Below are positions 29,303 through 40,309 of a stretch of 64,000 nucleotides of DNA, in pieces. How positions within the stretch are numbered: position 1 is the stretch's first letter; every line of letters begins with the position of its first letter. The DNA comes from a virus. Where the stretch lies: positions 102,537 through 166,536 of the IMG/VR virus record IMGVR_UViG_3300032294_002612. One strand, written 5' to 3'. Under the pieces are notes generated by a model. It saw only the letters and a list, made by a program, of their open reading frames with translations, was not told where the DNA came from and did no database searches. The translations under genes and the position numbers were made by a program.

Positions 29303-31609
29303 TTAATCATTATCAAAATAAAAATTAATACATGGAGCTGGTCCCGATGGCGGTTCTTGTATATCTGGAAACGTTATGTTTGCAGTACCAGTTGATCTAG
29401 GATTTTGTGTTAGTAATAAATTATGAAAAAAACCTGCTGACACATCATTAATTTTATCACCTGAAATATCATATTGAATATCATATAAATTACTTGCTAA
29501 ATTTATAGTCTTATCACCCCATGAATAGAACTTATAATCATCAGAAACTATAAAATTTTTAGTAAACGGATTATAAATCATCATAGACCCAGTTTTGCTT
29601 GCGATAATACCAGTTCCTTCTTTTCCATAATTACAATTGACATATATAGAACCATTAAATATATCATTTGTAACACTTGTTTGGTATTGGCCATTTTTAG
29701 ACATAGCAATCGAAGACCAATTTTTTGGCGTAAAAACTTTTTTCCATGAAAATCCAAAATCTTCACTTCTATACAAATATTCATTTTGTACAGCTACGGT
29801 CATATAACGACCATCATTCGACATCGCACAGCCATTAATAATATCATTTGTCAGAATATTTAAGCCAGTTACAATAGACCAAGTGATGCCAGTATTTCTA
29901 CTAATAAGCGAATACCCTTGAATTGGAACTAGTAATTGTATATTACCACTACTGGACATACAAGCATCTGCCCATTTTATATTATAACCAGTTATACCAC
30001 TCCAAGTTTGACCGAAATTAGAACTCACAAAAAAACTTCTATTAAATTCCGGAGCACCTATGACATTATACCGGCCCGTAGCAAATGCTGCTAATTGATA
30101 CCGACCATTTTCAGACATTGCTACGGCACTAAGATCACCAGAAGCGCCCGAAAATTCTCTCCACCATAATCCAGTTTGTCCTGGAATTACATTTCTTCCC
30201 GTATATATATTTCTATATAATTCGTAAGCAGTATTATCAATAGTTCTACTAACTGCTGTAATGTATTGACCACTATTTGACATCGCAATTTGTTTCCATC
30301 TCCTATACGGAGTAGAATTATCAGACCAAGTTAACCCAGTATTATAACTAATATATATAGAATCAAAATCAGTTGTAACTGCTTGTATATTTCCTGATTG
30401 AGACATCGCAACAGATTTAAATCTTTTTAAACCAACTCCGCTACCTGGATCAAAGTATAATCCAGAACCAGTATTAATACTCCATGTTTTTCCATAATTA
30501 TTACTACTATATAAATAACCAGGCTCTATACCAGGAGAGCCAGTACTAGATATCGCTAACTGATATCTTCCATCATAAGATAAAGCAATATCTATAAAAG
30601 ATCTTGGCGTAGAATATTGTGTAATTTGATTCCATCCAAGATATTCACATCCAGAACTATTTCTATTTTCAATTATTCTAACATAATAATTTTGATTATT
30701 TATTGGAAAATTATTGCCAGTAAGAATATTTTGATTATTAAAGCCAGAAAAAAGATTATCTTGCCAAGTTACTCTATCTAAAGATGTTTGGATATTCAAA
30801 CCAGTTATCCCACTACCAGTTCCAATATATGACATAATCCATTGTGATAAATCGTTACCAGTTTGAATACCAGTTATAATTGGATATGCTAACCCCATAA
30901 TTAAATTATTATCATTATTAACAGAAATTTTGGCTCCAGAATAAATAATGCTAGAATCATAATCTAATTGCCCATTTGAGTTATCTCCCCATCCAGTAAT
31001 AAAACCATTATTTAATAAAGCTAAACTATGATTATTACCAGCCGCAACTTGATTCACAAAAGGCAAATTATTTGGTATTTTTAATTTATTAAAACCCGTA
31101 TCACCCCATCCAGTTATTTTTCCAGAACTATTCAAAACCAAGATAAAATTATTTCCAGCTGATATTTCTGTATATCCAGTAGGATAACTAACCAAAGGTT
31201 TTCTATGAAAACCATTATCTTTAAAATATAACCAATCAATTACATGACCAGTCATTCCAGAATATTGTTCTATATTCAAAAGATCGCAACCATATCCATG
31301 TATCTTACCTTTATCATCAATTAAATACGTTGAGGCGTTTCCAGCGTCAAAATCGATATATCTAAAATTTTGACTAATTTGCGTTTCTCCACAAAAATTA
31401 TCACCCCATCCAGTTGTTACTACATAATTTATACCACTAATAGCAAATTTAGATTCTGAAATAATATGACTAGTTCCAGCAGAAACTTTTGTTGTATAGG
31501 GAATACCACTAATTAAATTTCTATTTATTCCAGTTATTTTTCCAAACGCAAATGGAGGGTTTAAAACCCTCGACTCGTTTGACCCCCAAATTACAACGAT
31601 ATTATTCAT
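29303..31609 (-). CDS. Virion protein with RCC1-like repeats and a BNR/Asp-box beta-propeller
   Basis: VAAGNNHSLAL..GFITGWGDNSNGQL repeats; SxNxGxTW and AMS..G.YQ repeats. Confidence 0.8.
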   Translation of the reverse strand: MNNIVVIWGSNESRVLNPPFAFGKITGINRNLISGIPYTTKVSAGTSHIISESKFAISGINYVVTTGWGDNFCGETQISQNFRYIDFDAGNASTYLIDDKGKIHGYGCDLLNIEQYSGMTGHVIDWLYFKDNGFHRKPLVSYPTGYTEISAGNNFILVLNSSGKITGWGDTGFNKLKIPNNLPFVNQVAAGNNHSLALLNNGFITGWGDNSNGQLDYDSSIIYSGAKISVNNDNNLIMGLAYPIITGIQTGNDLSQWIMSYIGTGSGITGLNIQTSLDRVTWQDNLFSGFNNQNILTGNNFPINNQNYYVRIIENRNSSGCEYLGWNQITQYSTPRSFIDIALSYDGRYQLAISSTGSPGIEPGYLYSSNNYGKTWSINTGSGLYFDPGSGVGLKRFKSVAMSQSGNIQAVTTDFDSIYISYNTGLTWSDNSTPYRRWKQIAMSNSGQYITAVSRTIDNTAYELYRNIYTGRNVIPGQTGLWWREFSGASGDLSAVAMSENGRYQLAAFATGRYNVIGAPEFNRSFFVSSNFGQTWSGITGYNIKWADACMSSSGNIQLLVPIQGYSLISRNTGITWSIVTGLNILTNDIINGCAMSNDGRYMTVAVQNEYLYRSEDFGFSWKKVFTPKNWSSIAMSKNGQYQTSVTNDIFNGSIYVNCNYGKEGTGIIASKTGSMMIYNPFTKNFIVSDDYKFYSWGDKTINLASNLYDIQYDISGDKINDVSAGFFHNLLLTQNPRSTGTANITFPDIQEPPSGPAPCINFYFDND

Positions 31610-31614
31610 ATTAA

Positions 31615-34600
31615 TTAATTATTACAATCTTCTAGTAGGCACGCTTCTAATGTTATTGTGATTTTAAGATCTGGAGCCCCAGTTCCTACAGAAGCTAAAC
31701 AATCTTCAAATTCATAATTGACAGTATTTCCAGCAGTACCTATATAACTACACGCAGAAAGCCCCCCTCCAGAAGCTTTTCCTTCGCAAAAATCTTTTGG
31801 TGGACAACTAACGGTAAGACTTACATTTGCTTTTTGATCGGCTATGCTTTTCATATCACCATATCCGCAAGAACCATCCCAAGCAAGACTAGCATTTGTG
31901 GTGCAATTAGGGGAACCTAAGACACTAGAAGATATATTTACTATTTTCCAACAACGCTCTTCGCCTGGATCATCAATACATTTAAAACATGCTTGTGAAT
32001 AACAATCAAAATAACTACCATCATTATAAGACCATTGTCTTTCATATCTAGTATCACAATCATCAGGTGGAACTGGCGACCACCCATTTCCTAAAGTACT
32101 ACAAGGACATGCTCCCACTGGCGGAGGCGGTTCATCGATAAGTTCACATTCGTAACATTGTGTTTGAACACAAGAACATGATTTTTGTTCTTTTGCTACC
32201 AGTTTATAATTTTTTCCAAAAACCGAACAGTCAAAATCGGCTTCTCTTAAACCAAAATAGCGACAGCATTTACATGTTTCTATAGGTTCAATTGTAATAT
32301 CTTTTGTAATATCATATCGTTTTGAACGTACTCTATACCCACCAACACAGTTATCACAAGGTTCTTTAAAAATTCCTCGGCCATTAGCATTAACTCTTAT
32401 AGAGCTTGTACATTCAGGTATTAAGTTATTTAAAGAAACACTCCTTTCTCCTGCGCCATTTGTAATTATTGTGCCGCCAGCATTAACTCTTATACTCACC
32501 GAAGTACTATCACAGTTTGTAGCAACACCAATTCCACCAGTTAACTTTTTATTACGTGGATTATTTGGCAAACATTGCGCAGAAATTCCAAATGTATTTA
32601 TTTGAATTGATCCTTCTTCTTCGAGACAAACGCCATCACCCTCACCCGTTCCAATATCGCCCACTGGAAAATCGCCAGCACCAATTCCATCACCAGCGCC
32701 ATCACCAGCGCCATCACCAGCGCCATCACCAGCGCCATCACCTGGGCCATCACCTGGGCCATCACCTGGACCAACTAAATCAGGAAAAATTGGTGGTGGT
32801 GGAGGTGGCGGGTCAAGTAAAAAATCTGCATTCCTGAGATCTTCACCCAAAAACCCACTTGGATATGATGGTAATAAAATACTCTCATTATTAATTGTAG
32901 CAATACAGTTAACTCCAGTACAACAATCTACGGAGTCATCATCTAAAATAATAAAATTTGCAGTAGACCCGCTTATTTCTAAAGATTCAATAATAACCTC
33001 TGGATGTGAATATTCAATACTATTTTGATTTAAATTTAAATTTATATTACCATTCCAACTTGTTTGAAAACGAGTATTTGGATAAATTTTAAAACCAAAT
33101 GTTTTTTGAATTTCACCGGGATTAAAAGAAAAGTTCCATTTTAAACCATCTTTTAGCACAGCATCTGTTACCATTGGATAATTAGGTCCTGTAAATTTTA
33201 ATAATACATCTCCAGAAATACTAAAATCAGTAAAACGAGAAGTGTCTTTTTCAACAGTAAAAGCAAAAAACCTATCTTTTTCACATCCGGTATAAATATT
33301 ATGCGTAAAACCAATTCTAGGGGTAGTAAAAATTAAATTAGTATAATCCTGATATTTGCTTATAACTGTATAGTTACCAGTTGTTGCTTCACTTAAATTA
33401 ATAAATAATGTTGGACTACCTAAAATTTTAGTAGGATTAATTGGATTATAATTAAATAATCCACCAGATTGAATTGTAATTAACTTTCTAATACGAGTTC
33501 CAGTTTCTAAAACAACTACATTTCCAGTACTCCAAAATCCCGTAGTATTATTGGAAAAGTAGCCAGAAACAACCCCAAGAGGAGAATCTACATTTCCACT
33601 TATTGTATTCCGGTTTCCAAAAACTTCTCCTATATTTATGCCACTAAATCGTTTTCCACTTTCAAAATCATTTTGATAAACTTCATTAATTAAAATTGTG
33701 CCAGTTCTATTTGTATCGAATCTTAATCTAAAAGTATTTAAATCAGAATATTTTCCAGTAACAGCAAAATCAATTTCAGAAAAATCTTGAATGTTAAATA
33801 AGTTATATTGACCAGAAGAATAAATAATTTTATTTGATGGTAAATCTACTATTTTAGTTACAGATGTAGATGGGATAGTTTCTTTCCAACCGAAAAATGA
33901 TCTGGCATAACCAGTTTTTTTATTATCTAGTCCTGTAATAAACTGATTTCCAGTAAAAGTACTTTCTTGGAATAAATTATCGAATATGCCCGTTCCATTA
34001 ATAGTATTTCCTAATCTAGAAATTCTTGTTCTACCACCAGTTGGCTGATTAGTAAATATAGAAATATTGCCAGAATTAATTACAAAATTACTATTTTCAT
34101 ATATGTATTCAGCTTTATTTACTGGCAAAGTTGGAAAAATAGATACTGGATACGGAACTCCATTAGGAAGTTTCCCTGGAAATTGTGGAATTCCAGTGCC
34201 AGTTAAACCAAAATTTAAATCAATCTTACAACCCATCGCAATAACTTGTTGATTGATTATTGTAGAAACAAAACCAGTAATTTCTGTTGGGCTGTAAGTA
34301 ACTTCTATTGGTTCAAAACCAGTTGCTTCTTGAATAAAACCCGAAACCTTTCCACTGAAAGGAATTGAAAAATTATAAATACCTGGATCATAATCTTCAC
34401 TACCAAAATCTGCTTGTAATTTTCCAGATTTTCTAATTCCAGTCGCAAAACCAAAACCAAGTAAGGTCAGTCCAGTATAAAAATTTCCAACTACATATCT
34501 TACTGGACTACTTAGATTTACAAGTTCATATTCGTCAGGGTTAAAGTTAGCAATAATATTACCAGTCCATTGTTTAAAAATAGTATGAATACCATTAATT

Positions 34601-35784
34601 AATCCTGTTTTTTGTTGATTAAAAATAAATCCAGTACCAGGAAGACTTGCAAATCCAGTTAAAAATCCACCTTGATAATTTAAAAAACCAGAATATAAAA
34701 CATTATCTTTATAACCGGATGCTAATATATTAGTAGTAAAATTTACATCTCCTTTTCCAGTAGCGAGGGTTTGATAAAAACCACTTACTAATTGGTTTTC
34801 AGCGATTTTAAATGCTGAAAAGGATCCAGACCCAGTTCCAAATTCGAAACCATTTCTTAAAGAATTAAAGCCACTAATCCTACCAGTTAAATTATTTTGT
34901 ATAAACCCCTGTCCAGAAACAATACCAGACACAATACCTGTTAAATATCCAGTTCTTTGTACATTACGATAATAATCTCCCGTAATACCAGAACTATACT
35001 CTAAAGATATTTCGATATTAGAACCAGATGCATTTGCAAAAGAAAGATTATATATAAAATTTTCACCATTAAAAATTGTATTTGTTGGTGGGCTAATATT
35101 AATATAGAATAAATTATCTTGAATTAACGTACCAGATAGGCTGATATACAAACTTTCTGTTCCGATATTCGAGAAAAGATTAATATTAACAATTTCAACG
35201 CCATTTGAAAATGTCCCATTATTGATAATAAAAAAATTTGACGATCCAGTTGCTGGAACAATTAAATTGTTTACCCCGCTTATGCTATAATTATTACTAA
35301 CAATCTCTCCAGAATAAATTACAATTGGGTATTGGCCGCTATTCCGTAAATTAATTGGAATTTGATCTCCAGAATTATATGTTATATTCGAATTAAAATA
35401 ATAATCTGGTTGATCTCCTAATATTGCTAAAGAGTCAATATTTAAAGTTGAATTTTGAGATTCTATAAAAAATCCCAAAAGATTGCCCGTCTGATTTCTG
35501 CTGACCCCAAGATATAAAGGATCGCCATTTTGATACAAATCTAGAGTTGTATTTGTAACGTTTCCAGAAAAATTTATATTTTCATTTAAATTAAACCCGC
35601 CAACAAAATCATTATTTTTTGAATAGATTTTATTATTCTTTAATTTGAAAACCAGTTCATTTGCATTTTGTCCAGAAAAGTAAAAATTATAATACCCATC
35701 AATATTAAATGGTGTACAAATTTTTTGCCAATTAATATTAACTTGTGGATATATTGATCTAATTTTATTTCCAGTTATAATCAT
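31615..35784 (-). CDS. Large tail fibre/adhesin: [ST]G-rich body, Calx-beta-like domain, Pro/GxGD linker, Cys-rich tip
   Basis: IGF..Y..E..FNPGEIQK..A.FIILDDD (Calx-beta-like); PPPPPPP; (GPGD)3(GAGD)4; about 29 Cys in the last ~335 aa. Confidence 0.72.
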   Translation of the reverse strand: MIITGNKIRSIYPQVNINWQKICTPFNIDGYYNFYFSGQNANELVFKLKNNKIYSKNNDFVGGFNLNENINFSGNVTNTTLDLYQNGDPLYLGVSRNQTGNLLGFFIESQNSTLNIDSLAILGDQPDYYFNSNITYNSGDQIPINLRNSGQYPIVIYSGEIVSNNYSISGVNNLIVPATGSSNFFIINNGTFSNGVEIVNINLFSNIGTESLYISLSGTLIQDNLFYINISPPTNTIFNGENFIYNLSFANASGSNIEISLEYSSGITGDYYRNVQRTGYLTGIVSGIVSGQGFIQNNLTGRISGFNSLRNGFEFGTGSGSFSAFKIAENQLVSGFYQTLATGKGDVNFTTNILASGYKDNVLYSGFLNYQGGFLTGFASLPGTGFIFNQQKTGLINGIHTIFKQWTGNIIANFNPDEYELVNLSSPVRYVVGNFYTGLTLLGFGFATGIRKSGKLQADFGSEDYDPGIYNFSIPFSGKVSGFIQEATGFEPIEVTYSPTEITGFVSTIINQQVIAMGCKIDLNFGLTGTGIPQFPGKLPNGVPYPVSIFPTLPVNKAEYIYENSNFVINSGNISIFTNQPTGGRTRISRLGNTINGTGIFDNLFQESTFTGNQFITGLDNKKTGYARSFFGWKETIPSTSVTKIVDLPSNKIIYSSGQYNLFNIQDFSEIDFAVTGKYSDLNTFRLRFDTNRTGTILINEVYQNDFESGKRFSGINIGEVFGNRNTISGNVDSPLGVVSGYFSNNTTGFWSTGNVVVLETGTRIRKLITIQSGGLFNYNPINPTKILGSPTLFINLSEATTGNYTVISKYQDYTNLIFTTPRIGFTHNIYTGCEKDRFFAFTVEKDTSRFTDFSISGDVLLKFTGPNYPMVTDAVLKDGLKWNFSFNPGEIQKTFGFKIYPNTRFQTSWNGNINLNLNQNSIEYSHPEVIIESLEISGSTANFIILDDDSVDCCTGVNCIATINNESILLPSYPSGFLGEDLRNADFLLDPPPPPPPIFPDLVGPGDGPGDGPGDGAGDGAGDGAGDGAGDGIGAGDFPVGDIGTGEGDGVCLEEEGSIQINTFGISAQCLPNNPRNKKLTGGIGVATNCDSTSVSIRVNAGGTIITNGAGERSVSLNNLIPECTSSIRVNANGRGIFKEPCDNCVGGYRVRSKRYDITKDITIEPIETCKCCRYFGLREADFDCSVFGKNYKLVAKEQKSCSCVQTQCYECELIDEPPPPVGACPCSTLGNGWSPVPPDDCDTRYERQWSYNDGSYFDCYSQACFKCIDDPGEERCWKIVNISSSVLGSPNCTTNASLAWDGSCGYGDMKSIADQKANVSLTVSCPPKDFCEGKASGGGLSACSYIGTAGNTVNYEFEDCLASVGTGAPDLKITITLEACLLEDCNN
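32687..32770. repeat. 12-bp coding tandem repeat, 7 units
   Basis: 4x CCATCACCAGCG then 3x CCATCACCTGG[G/A]; encodes GAGD/GPGD on the minus strand. Confidence 0.95.
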
Positions 35785-35794
35785 GATTAGTTAA

Positions 35795-35800
35795 TTACAT
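35795..35800 (-). promoter_or_regulatory. ATGTAA putative late promoter variant
   Basis: 10 nt upstream of ATG(35784). Confidence 0.4.
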
Positions 35801-38499
35801 TAGTTTTGAATATACCCAACAGCTGTTCTAATATTATTTACATTATTTCTTGTTACCGAGTTTAGATATCCAATATTTTGTTTTGGCAATAAACTATCTT
35901 TTAAATATTGATTAAAATAATCATCAGATGGAGGTTGAACAATTAAATCTTCAAATGAGTATGATGTATAAACTCCATCATCTGCAATTGTAATTTGTAC
36001 AGAAGATAAACCTTGTGAGCAATTATATCTTAAAGGAAAAATACCCGCTGTTTTGAAAGACATTGTATTTTGAGCTTCTTGCATACTATATTGAGAAAAT
36101 TCTGAAATACGTTGAGCATAAAGATCAAAAGCTTGCTTTGAGATTAAACATCTATTATTGTTTAAAAGTGAAAGATTGTCTTCTGTAATTTGTTTTAAAT
36201 TATAGTCTATTTTAGCCACATTAAAACTTGAAATATTTTTAGTATATACATACTGTATTTTAGGCAAAACTTTAGTAAACTCAGCAGAAGATTTAACGTA
36301 AACAGAATAACCAGAGCTACCATCGTCTGTGCCTAAATTAATATCTTGATTATCAAATCTATCGACTTTCTCTTCTTCTGTTTTATCTCTTGTATCATTT
36401 TTTACTATTTTATTATTACCAAATGACTGTGCTGGACAAAAAAATGTTATACCACGATCCCCACCAAATTTAATTTTTACGGCTTTTGGATCTCTAAGAC
36501 CCCACGCACCTTTTTTGACCACAATTGTATTACCTAAAACGTCTTGTTCTTCTTCAGTTCTTTGTTTCCTTGTCTTGGGTTCTAAAGGGTGTGGTTCTAC
36601 AGAAAATTCTACATCAAAACCATTTTTTAATTCTCTACACATGAATAACTTAATATTTTTATTTTTAGCCGCTTCAGGATGTAATTGAAATAAAAATTCT
36701 GGACGACCATCTGCAGTAGAAAAAATTTGTGGAGTTACATCTTGAAACCATTTAAATAAGGAGTCATAATATTGTAAAAAATCTTCATTTGGAAACCATT
36801 TACCGTCTCTTTCCAATAAAATAAAAGACTTTAAATTTTTTAAAGTCGTATTATCTTGTGTAAATGATTTGGCAGCCGCGCGATACAATTGTTCTAATCT
36901 ATCATTTTCTTTCGCGTCTTTTTCGATTTCTTTTGCTAATTTTCCAATTAATGATTTTTCTTGATGTCCGAAATTAAATATAGGTAATCCTTTTAAATCC
37001 TCATCTGTTCTTTTCCATGAAACACTACCATCTGGAGACTCAACACTAACTTCACCGTTTGAGTTTGATGCTCCAGGAACTTTTGTAGAAAAATTTTTAA
37101 ACCAATATTTTCCTAGAAAATTTCTAGCTAACTCAACATCGGAATCGTTTTGTTTTTTTGCAAGCTCCTCGTTAACCTCTGCAACAAAAAAGTAATAAGA
37201 ATAATCTCCCTGCGCGTACCCATTTTTTTTGTCTTCCGCTGTTAATCTATCACGATCAGCTTTTTGCATTCTATTTTGACATGCATTAAATTTTTGTACT
37301 TGATCTGGAGTTCCTTTCGCATGGTATACGTCACGAATTTTCATATCTCCAAGATATTTTAAAATTTTAGTTTTTAATTTTAAATCGTTTTCTTTATTTG
37401 ATTCTTCTTCTTCTGTCGATTTATATTTATTTATTAAATCTTGAGGCGTATTAATTTGATAATACCAAAACCATAAAAAGACATTTCTTGCTGACACTCC
37501 AAGGTAAGAAACTGCAGTAGTTAATTCTCTTATATCTGACTCATTGGGAACGGTTTCATTTGATAAACCTGTTGATTTATCTGGTTCGTATAAATCAGAT
37601 ACCGTTAAACACCTTACTGTTTCAATAGTTTCATTTGTGCAGGTATAATTTTTAATCCCGCCAGCTTTTTCAAAATTGCCAATAAAACCACGAGAAAAAG
37701 TATTTAAAATATTTTTTCCTTCATTTAAATCAATGATTTGCCAATTTGTTGGTGCTTGTGGAATTTTTATTGGTTTTGATCTATCAATAAAAACTAATTT
37801 TGCAATAAATGGATCCCAATAATAGGAAAGACCTAAATCAGCGCACCAACTACTTAATACACTTTTTAAAGTGCCTACATGCTGAGCTTTATAATTTTTA
37901 TATCTTTCTCGACCTTGTATCTGAATACTAAATTCTGTAGGTATTTTGCTTATCAACTCATTGAAAGTATAGTAAACATCATATATTTCAAAATTACTGA
38001 GAACTGGGTCGCAAGAAAAATCATATTTATCTTCTGGCATGAAAGGACATGGGTCGCAATAATCTATTTGTCTTTCTGAACTTTCTGTATAATTTATGGA
38101 TGAATCTAAATTTTTATCACATGGATGATAAGGCTTTCCAACTAGAATTAAACGTGGCGTTGTATTTCTATTTTTATCTCCATGCTTAGTATGTAAACCA
38201 ACATACCATTTATCTAAATTTACAGCTTTATCAACATATTCTAATTCTAATATTTTTTGCGACGGAGTGTTATTAAAAGAATAACCAACCAAGAACCCTT
38301 CAAACGCAAAATTTCCTATTTGGATACGCTCGGTTTTCGTAAATGTGGGAGTTGGAGTTTGATACACCCCATTTTCACTAACAACATTTATTGATAATTT
38401 TGAAGGTTCTTCCCCATTATTAAAACTCCAGTTAATACTATATGGTAAGCCACCAAAAAAATTTCCACGAACTTGGTTAATATCAATTAAACGTTGCAT
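35800..38499 (-). CDS. Putative baseplate hub / tail tip protein
   Basis: Position downstream of TMP; N-terminal YSINWSF..PSKLSINVV and TLKSVLS.WC.DLG.SYYW hub-like pattern. Confidence 0.6.
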   Translation of the reverse strand: MQRLIDINQVRGNFFGGLPYSINWSFNNGEEPSKLSINVVSENGVYQTPTPTFTKTERIQIGNFAFEGFLVGYSFNNTPSQKILELEYVDKAVNLDKWYVGLHTKHGDKNRNTTPRLILVGKPYHPCDKNLDSSINYTESSERQIDYCDPCPFMPEDKYDFSCDPVLSNFEIYDVYYTFNELISKIPTEFSIQIQGRERYKNYKAQHVGTLKSVLSSWCADLGLSYYWDPFIAKLVFIDRSKPIKIPQAPTNWQIIDLNEGKNILNTFSRGFIGNFEKAGGIKNYTCTNETIETVRCLTVSDLYEPDKSTGLSNETVPNESDIRELTTAVSYLGVSARNVFLWFWYYQINTPQDLINKYKSTEEEESNKENDLKLKTKILKYLGDMKIRDVYHAKGTPDQVQKFNACQNRMQKADRDRLTAEDKKNGYAQGDYSYYFFVAEVNEELAKKQNDSDVELARNFLGKYWFKNFSTKVPGASNSNGEVSVESPDGSVSWKRTDEDLKGLPIFNFGHQEKSLIGKLAKEIEKDAKENDRLEQLYRAAAKSFTQDNTTLKNLKSFILLERDGKWFPNEDFLQYYDSLFKWFQDVTPQIFSTADGRPEFLFQLHPEAAKNKNIKLFMCRELKNGFDVEFSVEPHPLEPKTRKQRTEEEQDVLGNTIVVKKGAWGLRDPKAVKIKFGGDRGITFFCPAQSFGNNKIVKNDTRDKTEEEKVDRFDNQDINLGTDDGSSGYSVYVKSSAEFTKVLPKIQYVYTKNISSFNVAKIDYNLKQITEDNLSLLNNNRCLISKQAFDLYAQRISEFSQYSMQEAQNTMSFKTAGIFPLRYNCSQGLSSVQITIADDGVYTSYSFEDLIVQPPSDDYFNQYLKDSLLPKQNIGYLNSVTRNNVNNIRTAVGYIQN

Positions 38500-38504
38500 A
38501 TATC

Positions 38505-40304
38505 TTAAAGGTTAAATAAACTATCATTATTATAAATAATATCTATATTATAATCAAAAAATCCTACCCCAGTATTAGAGTCAAATTTAGCTAATTCTAA
38601 ATAATCTGAATTTAGAGTTTGTCTAACTCCATTTCTATATATTTCAGATAAATTATACAAATAAGGAATATTGGTATTGAATATATTCTTAGACCCTGTA
38701 ATTGTATAATTTGTTGATTTGAGAATACCTAATAGTTTGCCACTAGCCCCGCTAAATAAATTATTAAATATAATAATATCTGAATTCGCACCACTAAAAT
38801 AATTAACATTTTGTGTTAATTTTTGGCCATTAAAATAAAAATTATAAAGATTATAGTTCCACCCATTTAATGAGGTAGTTCCTGGCGAACTAAAATTTTC
38901 TATATATAATCCAGAATTATAACCTGTTACAAAATCGATAAAAACACTATCATTTTCATTATATTGATTTGCAAAAATAAAATTATTTATTTCATCTAAA
39001 TAATAATCATTAACAATATATTGTGCTAAATTATAAATATTACCAGTATTATAAAAAACGCCAGAATGTTTTAATTGACCATTAACATAAACAATTGGAA
39101 AAGAATTTTCCGAAATATCTTCTAACAAACTGAAATTATTGGCGTATTTTTGATAATCTAAATTAATGTTTTTATTTAAAGGATTTATTGCAATATTAGT
39201 ATTTAAATTAATATCAATTAGATCTTCAGCGTCTATTTTAGATAACAAATTAATATTGTTCTTGCCAAACAAATTAATATAACTATCATTTTTTACAATG
39301 CTTTCACCACTAATACCCGTAATCTGTTCAAAAGCAATGATTCCAGTTTGCCCAGTAATTCCGAAAAGAACAATTGTGCCAGTAATACCGCTCTCAAAAT
39401 AACCAGTATATTCTACGCCCCACTCATTTGTTAATATTCCAGTTGGTATTAAATTTGTGCCCGTAACACCAGTTGTAAAACCCGTTATACCAGACACATA
39501 TCCAGTAATTCCAGTTACTAACGTGGTTTCAATATTAACTTGTCCAGAATTATAAATATAAGCAATACCACTATTTAAATTTACTAAATCATAAGCATAT
39601 AAAGAAGGGGAAAAAATTAATAAGTTTTCAAAAAAACCGGTATAATTTTTATTAAAATTATAACTATTATTTGTATTTGGATTATATCCAATAAACATTT
39701 TTGAATAGTCAAATAAATAATCCGTTAAAATATAATTATTATTTGAAATCAAGCTGTTTCTGAAAAAATCATAATAACCAAAAGATATATTATTTTCAGT
39801 AACACTCAAATATATGGAATTTTTATCCGCCAATGTAAAATCACTAATAAAAATGTTAGGACCATTATCTCGATAATATTCAAAAAATAATCGATTATTT
39901 GCAGTTATACCAAATTCAAAACCTTTATATATAAGATTTGTTTGGGGTGACCCGAATTCATTGTAAGATATAAAAGTACCTGTTTCAATAGTTGATAATA
40001 ATGTTCCGCCACCAACATTTTTATTTTCATATACCAAGCTTATTGTTAAATCCTTATTATTTATAGAATAATTATTTATTCCAGTAAATTCAACGTATCG
40101 ACCACCAGAAAAATATCCAGATCCCGTATTTTGCCAAAAATTTCCTACAGAAGGTTTTATAACACCGCTGAACGAAAGGTCGCCGCTTTTATTAAACAAA
40201 GCAGATAGGTTTGAATTATTTGGTACAAAATCAAAATAAGCGCGGCAAGATTCACTTGCAGTGCTAGCGATTTGATTTAAAAAATAATTTATTGCGTTAG
40301 GCAT
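38505..40304 (-). CDS. Tail protein with LamG/ConA-like domain and TG-rich segment
   Basis: YFDF..GYFSGG.YV..MFIG..YTGFFENLLIFS..L; VTGITGYVSGITG tract; VYVNGQ/YFNGQ/YRNGVRQ repeats. Confidence 0.7.
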   Translation of the reverse strand: MPNAINYFLNQIASTASESCRAYFDFVPNNSNLSALFNKSGDLSFSGVIKPSVGNFWQNTGSGYFSGGRYVEFTGINNYSINNKDLTISLVYENKNVGGGTLLSTIETGTFISYNEFGSPQTNLIYKGFEFGITANNRLFFEYYRDNGPNIFISDFTLADKNSIYLSVTENNISFGYYDFFRNSLISNNNYILTDYLFDYSKMFIGYNPNTNNSYNFNKNYTGFFENLLIFSPSLYAYDLVNLNSGIAYIYNSGQVNIETTLVTGITGYVSGITGFTTGVTGTNLIPTGILTNEWGVEYTGYFESGITGTIVLFGITGQTGIIAFEQITGISGESIVKNDSYINLFGKNNINLLSKIDAEDLIDINLNTNIAINPLNKNINLDYQKYANNFSLLEDISENSFPIVYVNGQLKHSGVFYNTGNIYNLAQYIVNDYYLDEINNFIFANQYNENDSVFIDFVTGYNSGLYIENFSSPGTTSLNGWNYNLYNFYFNGQKLTQNVNYFSGANSDIIIFNNLFSGASGKLLGILKSTNYTITGSKNIFNTNIPYLYNLSEIYRNGVRQTLNSDYLELAKFDSNTGVGFFDYNIDIIYNNDSLFNL

Positions 40305-40309
40305 AATAG

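Noticed and set aside
32687-32770. Possible CRISPR-like array
   Set aside because: Units are contiguous 12-mers without spacers and lie in frame within a CDS
32556-32837. Plus-strand ORF with HHQR/HHLG repeats
   Set aside because: Antisense shadow of the GAGD/GPGD tandem repeat in the fibre gene; no independent support
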